Part shown: positions 35,157-43,634 of the stretch, one piece after another
How the letters are laid out: each line of letters starts with the position of its first letter
Position numbering within the stretch: the stretch's first letter is position 1
Assembly: GCA_035285325.1 (NCBI GenBank)
Contig: JAYKJB010000117.1
Coordinates: forward strand, 832 to 64,831
Direction of reading: 5' to 3'
DNA: 64,000 bases
From: Candidatus Sericytochromatia bacterium
Lineage (GTDB): Bacteria; Cyanobacteriota; Sericytochromatia; S15B-MN24; JAQBPE01
The notes under the pieces: generated by a model
What the model was told of the DNA's origin: nothing
Seen by the model: only the letters and a program-made list of their open reading frames with translations
The model's database searches: none
Program-made: the position numbers and the translations under genes

Positions 35157-36527
35157 ATGTCGGTGCGCGCTGCCTTTCGGCGGTGTCGCCAAGCGGGCAG
35201 TTCAGGAGTCGCCGTGGCGCAAAAATGTTTCTATCACCCCAAAAGTGAGGCCGTCGCGACCTGCGAAGGCTGTCGCCTCTCGATTTGTGCGAACTGTGAC
35301 GAAGAGGGCCTGTGCCGCGATTGCCGGAACAAGCGCAAGGCGGTGGCCGACCGCAAACGGCGGATGGGGGGCGAGGAAGGGGGCGACGCGAGCGGGGACG
35401 ACCACGGCGATGCGGGGCAACCCGAAGAAAAGCCGCACGTTTATGACCCGGACAGGTACGCCTATCGTCGGCCGGCCTCCCAGATCATCGTCTCCAAGAA
35501 ACAGCCAGCGAGGGGCAGCGGGCTGATGAATCCGCGCATCGCCCTGTTTCTCGGGGCGATGATGGGCGTGGCGATCTTCGTCACCGGACCGAACGTGCTC
35601 GGTCTCTGGAACAGTGAATTGCTTGCCTCCTTCAGCGAGTCGGAGGTTGCCCCGCCGGCCGGCGGAGGCGACCTGCCCCCAGGCGAGTTGGGCGCCCCCC
35701 CGCCGGAGGCAGCGCCGGGCACGGCAAGCGAACCCTCGTCAGGAGGCGCAGCTGCGGCTGCGCCGGCGCCTGCTGGGCCCTCCGCCTCGCCCACGCCCGA
35801 TCTGAGTGCGCAGCGACAGAATGCGGCCCTGTGGGCGTCGGTTCATTCCGAAGCGATGCAAGTGGAGACCAGAACCCGCGAACATGCGCTGACCGATCAA
35901 GCCGCGTTACAAAAGGCGGTACAAGAAGGCAAGCTTCCAGCGGAAGTCGTCCTGGCCTTGGCCTCCAGCCCTCCGGCGGCCCCACCGCTCCCAGCGAACG
36001 TCCGCACGCAGCCAGGTGGCGCGCCCCCGCCTCAGGGGGGGGCAGTGGCAGCCTCCGGAGCCAGCGCAAGCGCTCCCGGGGTGGGTGGTCCCCCGGCAGT
36101 CGCCGCCACGCGCCCATCCGCTGCCGCCCCTGCAGGGGCCGTCAATCCCGCCCCGATCGCCGCAGCTCAACCGACGCGAACCACCTCCACCACGCCCGTC
36201 GCCGCAGCACCTCAAGCGCTGCCCGCCAACCAGTCGGTGGCGACACCGCGAACGCCCCAGGCTGCGCCGCCCCCGGCGCAAACGGCCGGACGAGCGCAGC
36301 CTGCCAGCGCCGCGGCAACCCCTCCTGGGGCCTCGGCGATCGCCACGGCCCTGCGCAACCGCTATGCCGGCACGCGGCTGGCCCGCAGCGTGCGGGCAGC
36401 CCGGCGCGAGCTGCGCCGCCGCTGGGTCCCACCCGCCTTCGCCAGCCGCCCTCGCAACGACGTCCTGGCCCGCGGCCCCGGCGGCGACAGCGAACAACTC
36501 AAGCCGCCCCTGGTCACGCGCTGGTGA
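35157..36527 (+). CDS. Membrane protein with N-terminal B-box/anti-sigma-like zinc finger, single TM helix and a long Pro/Ala-rich extracytoplasmic region
   Basis: GGGGAA RBS. Cys cluster CFYHPKSEAVATCEGCRLSICANCDEEGLCRDCRNKR. TM segment IALFLGAMMGVAIFVTGP. The Pro/Ala tail could be over-called. Confidence 0.5.
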   Translation: MSVRAAFRRCRQAGSSGVAVAQKCFYHPKSEAVATCEGCRLSICANCDEEGLCRDCRNKRKAVADRKRRMGGEEGGDASGDDHGDAGQPEEKPHVYDPDRYAYRRPASQIIVSKKQPARGSGLMNPRIALFLGAMMGVAIFVTGPNVLGLWNSELLASFSESEVAPPAGGGDLPPGELGAPPPEAAPGTASEPSSGGAAAAAPAPAGPSASPTPDLSAQRQNAALWASVHSEAMQVETRTREHALTDQAALQKAVQEGKLPAEVVLALASSPPAAPPLPANVRTQPGGAPPPQGGAVAASGASASAPGVGGPPAVAATRPSAAAPAGAVNPAPIAAAQPTRTTSTTPVAAAPQALPANQSVATPRTPQAAPPPAQTAGRAQPASAAATPPGASAIATALRNRYAGTRLARSVRAARRELRRRWVPPAFASRPRNDVLARGPGGDSEQLKPPLVTRW

Positions 36528-36604
36528 CGAGGTAGCATCGGCCAGGGCGTCGGCCCCGCTGGCGCGTCACGATGAGCCTCAACGGGTCAGGCGAGCGGCT
36601 CAGG

Positions 36605-38554
36605 CTATCGGGCCTCCCCCTCGGCCCGAGACTCCAACTCAGCCCAGCGGGCGTACAGGCGCTCGACCTCCGCCTGGACCGCAGCGGCCTCGGCCAGCAG
36701 ATTCGGCACCTCCGAGCCCCGTTCGACATAGAGGGAAGGGTCGGCGAGCTCGGCATCCAGTTGGGTCTTGCGGCCCTCCGCGGCCTCCACGGCGGCCTCC
36801 ATGCCGGCCAGTTCCTGCTTTTCCTTGAAGGTCAGTTTTCTGGCGCCTGCGGAGGGTGCCGCCGGGGTCACCGGCGCTGCCTGCAAGGGCTTTTGCGCAG
36901 CCACCGCCAACGTCGACGGTCCATCCTGACCCTTGCGGGCCACATAGTCGTCGTAGGAGCCCTCCGTCAGACTCACCCGCCCATCGCCTTCAAAGGCCAG
37001 CACGCGCGTCGCCACCCGATTGAGAAAATAGCGATCGTGACTGACGATCAGGGCCGCACCGGGAAAGACCAGCAAGGCCTCTTCCAGGGCGCGCAGGGTC
37101 GGCAGGTCCAGGTCGTTGGTGGGCTCGTCGAGAATCAGGGTGTTTCCGCCGACGGCCAGCAACTTGGCCAGCTGGGCCCGGTTCTGTTCCCCACCGGAAA
37201 ACTTGGCGAGTGGCTGCTGGTGCTGATCATCGTCGAACAAAAAGCGCCGCAGGTAATTGCGCACGGTGATGGTGCGATCCTCCAGCTGAAGGTGGCTCGC
37301 CTCTCCTGCCACCTCGGCCAGCAGGGTCTTGCTCAGGTCCAGCTGGTCACGGCCCTGATCGGCATAGACGAAGCGGGTGTTGGGACCGTGATCCACGCTG
37401 CCCTCATCCGGCGGCAACAAGCCCTGCAAGACCCGCATGAGGGTGGTCTTGCCGAGGCCATTGGCACCCACCACGCCGATCCGGTCGCCCGGTTGCAGCG
37501 ACAGATTCAGCTGCCGGAACAACCAGCGATCGCCCTGACGCTTGCCGACCTCGGCCAGTTCCACGATCTTCTTGCCCGGGCGCACGGGTCCGAGCGGGAT
37601 GCGCAAGGCAATCTCATCCAGCGCGGGCGGCGGGGTGTCGTCCGCCAGCGCATAATAGGCGTCCTCTCTGGCCTTGCTCTTGGCCTGACGGGCCTTGGGT
37701 TGTTTGCGCACCCAGGCCAACTCCCGGCGCAGGGTGTTCTGGCGCACCTGTTCCTGCTGGGCGGACACCTCGGCCTCGTGTGCCTTGGCCTCCAGGTAAT
37801 CGCTGTAATTGCCATTGTAGGTGCGCACCTGCCCCCGCTCGAGTTCCAGCATGCGCGTGACGATCCGGTCGAGGAAATAGCGGTCGTGCGTGACCAGCAC
37901 GCAGGTGCGCTCCCCGCTCGCGAGGTAATCCTCCAGCCAGGCAATGCTGCTGGCGTCCAGGTGATTGGTCGGTTCATCCAGAATCAGCAGGTCCGGCTGG
38001 GCCACCAGGGTTCGGGCCAGCGACACGCGCCGGCGTTCGCCCCCGGACAGCGTGCCGATCAGGCGGTCGGCAGCGGGCACCCGCAGGTGCTGCATCACGG
38101 TCTCGACCAGACGGTCCAGATGCCAGGCGTCGCGCAGCTCGAGCCGCTCGGCCAGGGCGGTCTGCTCCGTCAGCAGCCCTTCGAGCTCATGTCCCTGGGC
38201 GCTGGCAAGACGCGCACTGAGTTGTTCGAAGTCTCGCAGCATGGCACGGGTGGCCTCGGCCCCAGCTTCGATGCTCTGGCGGACGGTCTGCGCATCCTCG
38301 AGCGCAAATTCCTGGGGCAGGTAACCGACAGACAGGCCACGGCGACGCACCAGCTGGCCGCCGTCCGGCTTTTCGACCCCCGCCATCAGACGCATCAGGG
38401 TCGTCTTGCCGGCCCCGTTGACGCCCAGAATGCCCAGGCGATCGCCGTGGTGAAGCGTGAAGGAGACATCCGTCAGGATTTCCCGAGCGCTATGACGGTG
38501 GCGCAGGTTCTGAACCGTGAAGACCGAATCGCCAGAGCGCGGTGCGTCGTCCAT
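36605..38554 (-). CDS. ABC-F family ATPase (EttA/Uup/YbiT-like translation factor)
   Basis: Two ABC cassettes: Walker A GVNGAGKTT and GANGLGKTT, signatures LSGGERRRV and FSGGEQNRA, and an inter-domain linker. No TM domain. Confidence 0.9.
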   Translation of the reverse strand: MDDAPRSGDSVFTVQNLRHRHSAREILTDVSFTLHHGDRLGILGVNGAGKTTLMRLMAGVEKPDGGQLVRRRGLSVGYLPQEFALEDAQTVRQSIEAGAEATRAMLRDFEQLSARLASAQGHELEGLLTEQTALAERLELRDAWHLDRLVETVMQHLRVPAADRLIGTLSGGERRRVSLARTLVAQPDLLILDEPTNHLDASSIAWLEDYLASGERTCVLVTHDRYFLDRIVTRMLELERGQVRTYNGNYSDYLEAKAHEAEVSAQQEQVRQNTLRRELAWVRKQPKARQAKSKAREDAYYALADDTPPPALDEIALRIPLGPVRPGKKIVELAEVGKRQGDRWLFRQLNLSLQPGDRIGVVGANGLGKTTLMRVLQGLLPPDEGSVDHGPNTRFVYADQGRDQLDLSKTLLAEVAGEASHLQLEDRTITVRNYLRRFLFDDDQHQQPLAKFSGGEQNRAQLAKLLAVGGNTLILDEPTNDLDLPTLRALEEALLVFPGAALIVSHDRYFLNRVATRVLAFEGDGRVSLTEGSYDDYVARKGQDGPSTLAVAAQKPLQAAPVTPAAPSAGARKLTFKEKQELAGMEAAVEAAEGRKTQLDAELADPSLYVERGSEVPNLLAEAAAVQAEVERLYARWAELESRAEGEAR

Positions 38555-38586
38555 ACCGGCCAGTGTATCACGCGCACGCCGAGGGC

Positions 38587-39783
38587 TCAGCGCGGTGAGG
38601 GCGACGGGCTGGCCACCGGAGGCCCCAGCAAAGCAGCAGGCAGGATCGGCGGCGGGGTCTGGCTGCAGGTCGGCAAGAAGCGGTAGGGCACGCCCCAGCC
38701 CGCAAGGCCATTGCGCGTCCCGGTCAGGCGGACCTTCTCGGCATCATAGGACAACACGTAGGTGACCTCTTCGACGAAGACGGTCTGGCGGCCAGCCTCA
38801 TCGATATGGCGCCGCTGCCCCCGGGCCTGCAGGCGGGTGCCCTCCACGAAGCCCAGCACCACTTCCTCCCAGTAGGTGCGCGGGAAGTAGGGCGCGGACG
38901 CGTCGTTATAGCCGCTGACCCGGCCCATGACCTGCTGTCCCACCTGGCTGACGAACCAGACCTGACCCTGGCCACAGCCCTGCATCGGGTAAAGCGGTGG
39001 CTCACCCTCGGGACTGACGAACCAGTATCCCGTGATGTTGTAGGGTTCCACCTTGGCATCCTCGAAGGTCACCACCGGCATCACGCCAGTGCCTTCGCCG
39101 GAAGGCGAAGGACTCGCGTCCTTGCGCCCGAGCTTGACCGTCAGGGGCACCCGCGTGAGCGTGGCCTTGGCCACCTGGAAGCCCTGCTCGGCAGCCCCGA
39201 TCTCCGCGCCGGCCGCATCGAGCACCCGGACGAACAGACGGGCGCTCCCCACCGGGACGTTCGCGAAGAAGCAGGACACGAGCGGTTGCAGCAGTTCGGC
39301 CCGACTGAGCGTCTGCGCCTGACTGTGGCCCCCCGCAGCACTCAGGCGCAACTCCACCCGCGCGATGTCACGCGTGGTCTGGGCCAAGCTGTAAGGTTTG
39401 GTCTTGCTCAGCAGGGGGTCTGCGGCAAGCGGTCCGGCCGCCTCCGGCGGCGGCGCCAGGCCCTGGAAGGCCACCTGAACGCGCCCACTGCTCTGCAAAC
39501 CGCGCAAGGTCTCGGCGTCACCGTTCTGCGGTTTACTTCCGAGTCCGAGGCGCTCCAGTTGCGGAGACCAACCCGAACTGTCCTCCCCCAGAATGCGACC
39601 GGCATCCGGCCCGATCGCCATGCCCGTGGGGTCTGCGCCCACGACGCGGTTGGCATCCAGGCTCGGGCTGGGGCGAACCAGGCTTCCCGCTCTGCCGGAG
39701 GCACGCATCTGGTCATTCTGACAGCTGGCCAGCGCGGCAGCCAGCGTGGTGGCAACCAGACAACGGAAATAGAGAACAGGCAC
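38587..39783 (-). CDS. Lipoprotein of unknown function (paralog of 41870..43516)
   Basis: The GTG at 39783 follows AAGGAAG. Lipobox LAAALASC. Shared motifs GYWFVSPEG, YPMQGCGQGQVWFVSQVGQQV, RVSGYND and TGTRNGL.GW.VPYRFLP.C..TPPPILP. Confidence 0.6.
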   Translation of the reverse strand: MPVLYFRCLVATTLAAALASCQNDQMRASGRAGSLVRPSPSLDANRVVGADPTGMAIGPDAGRILGEDSSGWSPQLERLGLGSKPQNGDAETLRGLQSSGRVQVAFQGLAPPPEAAGPLAADPLLSKTKPYSLAQTTRDIARVELRLSAAGGHSQAQTLSRAELLQPLVSCFFANVPVGSARLFVRVLDAAGAEIGAAEQGFQVAKATLTRVPLTVKLGRKDASPSPSGEGTGVMPVVTFEDAKVEPYNITGYWFVSPEGEPPLYPMQGCGQGQVWFVSQVGQQVMGRVSGYNDASAPYFPRTYWEEVVLGFVEGTRLQARGQRRHIDEAGRQTVFVEEVTYVLSYDAEKVRLTGTRNGLAGWGVPYRFLPTCSQTPPPILPAALLGPPVASPSPSPR

Positions 39784-39909
39784 GGTGGTCCACTTCCTTG
39801 CCCGCCCAGTATACCCGCCGGACAGCGGCAAGAAGCGACCTTCGGAGGGGGCCCCACTCATCCGCAGCGGTCGCGATCGGGGTCGTTTGGGCCGTGGCCT
39901 CGCGCGGTT

Positions 39910-41778
39910 TCAATCCGCACGGCGCCTGGCCGCCACCACCCAGCCCACCCCGAAGTCCCCTCCGGTAAAGGGAGCCTGTAATGCCTTGAGCGGCCAAGCG
40001 AGCAGCGACACGACGAGGGCCATCATTCCACTCGCCGGTTGAAAGACACGCCCACTGGCCGCGCTTCTGGCGGCGACGTCGGACGCCCCGCGCAGACGCC
40101 AGGGGATGAGCCAATGACGCAACTGCTCGACCAGGTGGCCGCCCAGGGCGCCGTAGCAGCGTCGCGCGACGATCGTGAATCCGGCGGCATGCAGCACGGC
40201 CTCCAGATCTGCGGCATCGTAGCGCCGCCAATGCCCCACGGCCGCATCCGCGGGGCCGAATCGACGCCGGTGAGCCGGAACGCTCAGGAGCAGGGTGCCA
40301 CCAGGGCTCAGATGCTCGCCCCAGCGGCGCAGCGCGCCCACGTCGTCCTCCAGATGCTCCAGCACCTCGAAGGCGCAAACCAGGTCGAAGCGTTCCTCCG
40401 GCGCCAGGGACTCGATGTCGCCGTGGCGAAGCTGAGCCCCCGGGCTGGCGGCCAGACGCTGAGCGGCCACAGCAGCCGAGCGGGCATCGGGTTCCAGCCC
40501 AAGATAGCGACTCCACCTGGCCAGGCGAACCCCGACGGCCCCCTGCCCGGCCCCCACCTCCAGAATCGAGGCAGGCGCCGCCTCCCGGAGCAAGGCGGCG
40601 ATCAGGGGCCAGCGCAGGTGGCCTCCCAGGCTCAGGGGCGCCTGGCCCGGGCGGTCCGCGGCGAGTGCGAGGGCCTCGGCCAGCGAAGGCGCCAGGGCCT
40701 CGTCGCTGAAGCGGGCCTGCACCAGCACGAGCCCCGTCTGCAACTGATGGGCGCGGCGAGGGGCATCCGCCATCAAGGCGTGAATGGCGGCCGCCAGCCG
40801 CACGGGATCGGCCGCCGCGACCCGCGTGACCGCCTCGCCCAGACAGGCCACCGCAGGTGTCTCCGCGGTGATCACGGGGCGTCCGACCGCCAGGCATTGC
40901 AACACCTTGTTGGGAATCACGCGTTGGGCCTTCGGGCCCTCGCCGAAAATGCCCAGACAGACTTGCGCCTGCGCGATCCGGTCCGCCAGCTGCGTCTCCG
41001 GAACCGCTGCCAACATTTCCACAGGGGCTGACAGCTCTCGCACGAGGGCCTCGATGGCCGGGCGTTGCTGGCCGTCGCCCAACAGCTGTACCCGATAGTG
41101 GGGCGGCAACAGGCAGGCGGCGCGCACGATCGTCTCGATGCCGTGGAGGGGAATGTACGTGCCGTAAAAGAGCACCGTGGCGGGCATCGAATCTCGCTCA
41201 GGGCGCGGCGCGAAATGCGCGGCATCGACCCCGATCGGCAGCACCCGCCAGCGCCGGCGAGGCGTTCCAGTGCAAGCGGAAAAATGGTCGGCGTTTTCCG
41301 GGGTGTCGGCCAGCAGGACGTCCGCCAAGCGAGCAGCCGCGCTATCGGCCCACTGCAGCCCCAACGCGAGCGGGGAGCCTGGCCGGATCAGGCGACGGTC
41401 CAGCACCACCGTCTCGTGCAAGGAGACGAAAAAATCGACCACCAAGGGCACCCTCAGCAGGCGGCACAGCAGGCCGATCACGCCGGCATCCAGCTGAGCA
41501 GGATGCGGCACCAGCACCCAATCGGGTCGCCGGTGGTGGCGCCAGATGAAGCCAAGCAAGCGCATGGGCAAGCGCCAGGCCAGCGTCACGCTGGCCGCCA
41601 CCCTCTGCCAACGCCGCTGGGTTAGATCCGCTACCCGGTCGGCGCCCCAGAGCGGCAGCGCGCAACACTCGACCTGGCAGCCGAGCTGGGCCAGCAAACG
41701 CAGAAGTTGCCGATTGCGGGGGAATTCCGGGTCGAAGGTGCCGAGCATCAGGACCCGCCGCCCCCGGAAGTCTGACAC
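39910..41778 (-). CDS. Fusion of a GT4-like glycosyltransferase (N-terminal) and a class I SAM-dependent methyltransferase (C-terminal)
   Basis: GT-B C-terminal motif FGEGPKAQRVIPNKVLQCLAVGRPVIT. MT motifs ILEVGAGQGAVG and FDLVCAFEVLEHLEDD. Confidence 0.7.
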   Translation of the reverse strand: MSDFRGRRVLMLGTFDPEFPRNRQLLRLLAQLGCQVECCALPLWGADRVADLTQRRWQRVAASVTLAWRLPMRLLGFIWRHHRRPDWVLVPHPAQLDAGVIGLLCRLLRVPLVVDFFVSLHETVVLDRRLIRPGSPLALGLQWADSAAARLADVLLADTPENADHFSACTGTPRRRWRVLPIGVDAAHFAPRPERDSMPATVLFYGTYIPLHGIETIVRAACLLPPHYRVQLLGDGQQRPAIEALVRELSAPVEMLAAVPETQLADRIAQAQVCLGIFGEGPKAQRVIPNKVLQCLAVGRPVITAETPAVACLGEAVTRVAAADPVRLAAAIHALMADAPRRAHQLQTGLVLVQARFSDEALAPSLAEALALAADRPGQAPLSLGGHLRWPLIAALLREAAPASILEVGAGQGAVGVRLARWSRYLGLEPDARSAAVAAQRLAASPGAQLRHGDIESLAPEERFDLVCAFEVLEHLEDDVGALRRWGEHLSPGGTLLLSVPAHRRRFGPADAAVGHWRRYDAADLEAVLHAAGFTIVARRCYGALGGHLVEQLRHWLIPWRLRGASDVAARSAASGRVFQPASGMMALVVSLLAWPLKALQAPFTGGDFGVGWVVAARRRAD

Positions 41779-41869
41779 GATGGCGTGCTCCTCAAGGCGA
41801 CACGCCCGTTATACCATCCGGGCAGCGCCTGGCATCACCCGCGGGATGGTTCGCCAGGCCAAGGCGTGC

Positions 41870-43516
41870 TCAGCGCCCCGCGATGGTCGGTGTGGGGCCG
41901 GGCGTCGGCGTGGCGCTGGGAAGGGGCGTGGCCGGCGCGGGCGTGGCGCTGGGACGGGGGGGGGCCGTGGGCGTGCTCAAGGCCGCGGGCGTGGCGGAAG
42001 GCGCGGGCAGCGGTGGCGAGGTCGGTCCAGCGGTGGCGCAGGAAGCGGGACGAGGCAGCCAGGGCCGCGGGCGATAGCAGCCGGCGTGCGGGAAGCCGGG
42101 CGGCGACAACCAGAGCGACCGGGCATCGCCGTCCAGCATGTCGTCGGTGCGAACATAGTGGAATGGGCTGGTGCGCCCCTCCGCCTCCGCCAGCATTTCC
42201 AGGCCCGGTTCCGCCGGGACATCCGTCAACGGTCCGAGCGTGTAACTGCCATCCGCGCTCGTGGTGGTGACCCGCAACCAGGAGGTTTCCAGCGAGGCCA
42301 GCGACACCCGCGCCCCGGCAAGCGGACGCCCATCGTGATCGAAGACCCGGCCCTGCACCACGCGAGGACTCGGCGCTGCCACGGGCACGCCGCTGGGGGG
42401 CGTCGTGGGAAGCCAGCTGGGCGGCGTGGTGGGGCGCAGCGCGGCCACCGGCAGGATCGGCGGCGGGGTCTCCCCGCAATTCGGCAAGAAGCGATAGGGC
42501 ACGGCCCAGCCGCCCAGTCCGTTGCGCGTGCCGGTCATGCGAATCTTGTCCGGGTCATAGGTGAGGACATAGAAGGAATCTTCCGTGCGCGTGGGCGCCA
42601 GGCCGGCCTCATCGACGTAGCGGACCTGCCCGCGCGCCAGCAGGCGCGCGCCGTCCAGAACGCCCCGCACCTCCTCTTCCCAGTAGGTGTTGGGCCACAA
42701 CCGAGCCGCGCTGTCGTTGTAGCCGCTGACGCGCGCATAGACCTGCTGGCCAACCTGACTGACGAACCAGACGTAGCCTTGGCCACAGCCCTGCATGGGA
42801 TAGGCGGGCGCCTGGCCCTCCCCGCTGACGAACCAGTACCCCGTGATGTTGAAGCGCTCCTGCGTCGCCGACTGAAACGACACCACCGCCGCCACGCCGC
42901 CGGTCTCGCCCGGCTTGCCGGCCACCGCCGGACGGCGTCCCAGCGTCACCGCAAGCGGAACGCGCGTCAGGATTCCCTTGGCCACCACGAACGCCTGCTG
43001 GGCCGCCCCGATCTCGGCGCCCGCGGCGTCCAGCACCCGGACCGCCAGCGTGGCGTTGCCGACGGGCACATTGGCAAAATAGGACGCGACCAGCGGTTGC
43101 AGCATTTCCGCACGCGTCAGCGATTGCACCTGCCGATAGCCCCCGGGGCCGGTGAGGGTCAGCGTGACCCGGGCAATGTCGCGGGTGCTCTGGGCCAGAC
43201 GATAGGGCTTGGTCTTGCTGAGCAACCCGCCCGGGTCGACGCCCACGAGGGAGGCGCCCGCGTTACTGACCAGGCCGGCAGCGTCATCCGCCGATGGGTC
43301 GAGCCCCTCGAACGCCACCTGCACCCGACCACTGCCCTGCACCTGGCTGAGCGTTGCCTCGTCGCCGAGTTGTGGCTTGGCCTTGAGGTCAGGGCGCTTG
43401 ACCACCCGCGCCACCGAAGCGGCGGGAACGCTGGGTTCCGAGGGCTTGGGGGCACAAGCCAACGCCCCGAACAGGACCGCCAGGCCCAGCGAACCAAGAG
43501 ACAGACGCGTGCGCAA
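41870..43516 (-). CDS. Lipoprotein paralog with extra C-terminal carboxypeptidase-regulatory-like domain and a Pro/Thr-rich tail
   Basis: TTG start (MRTRLSLGSLGLAVLFGALAC lipobox) after GGAG. Same conserved motifs as 38587..39783. Extra VVQGRVFDHDGRPLAGARVSL...SADGSYTLGPL domain. Confidence 0.6.
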   Translation of the reverse strand: MRTRLSLGSLGLAVLFGALACAPKPSEPSVPAASVARVVKRPDLKAKPQLGDEATLSQVQGSGRVQVAFEGLDPSADDAAGLVSNAGASLVGVDPGGLLSKTKPYRLAQSTRDIARVTLTLTGPGGYRQVQSLTRAEMLQPLVASYFANVPVGNATLAVRVLDAAGAEIGAAQQAFVVAKGILTRVPLAVTLGRRPAVAGKPGETGGVAAVVSFQSATQERFNITGYWFVSGEGQAPAYPMQGCGQGYVWFVSQVGQQVYARVSGYNDSAARLWPNTYWEEEVRGVLDGARLLARGQVRYVDEAGLAPTRTEDSFYVLTYDPDKIRMTGTRNGLGGWAVPYRFLPNCGETPPPILPVAALRPTTPPSWLPTTPPSGVPVAAPSPRVVQGRVFDHDGRPLAGARVSLASLETSWLRVTTTSADGSYTLGPLTDVPAEPGLEMLAEAEGRTSPFHYVRTDDMLDGDARSLWLSPPGFPHAGCYRPRPWLPRPASCATAGPTSPPLPAPSATPAALSTPTAPPRPSATPAPATPLPSATPTPGPTPTIAGR

Positions 43517-43634
43517 GCTTCGAACTCCAGCCGGGGCGGGGGACAGGTCTTCCGGACAGCAGCCGGGCACCCCGCCCCCATGTACCCCACCCGTCACCCC
43601 CGCAAACGCCTTGGGGGGGCGCTGGCAGGCCCGC

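Noticed and set aside
36572-38686. 704-aa plus-strand ORF
   Set aside because: It is antisense to the ABC-F gene, which has unambiguous Walker A and signature motifs in both cassettes.
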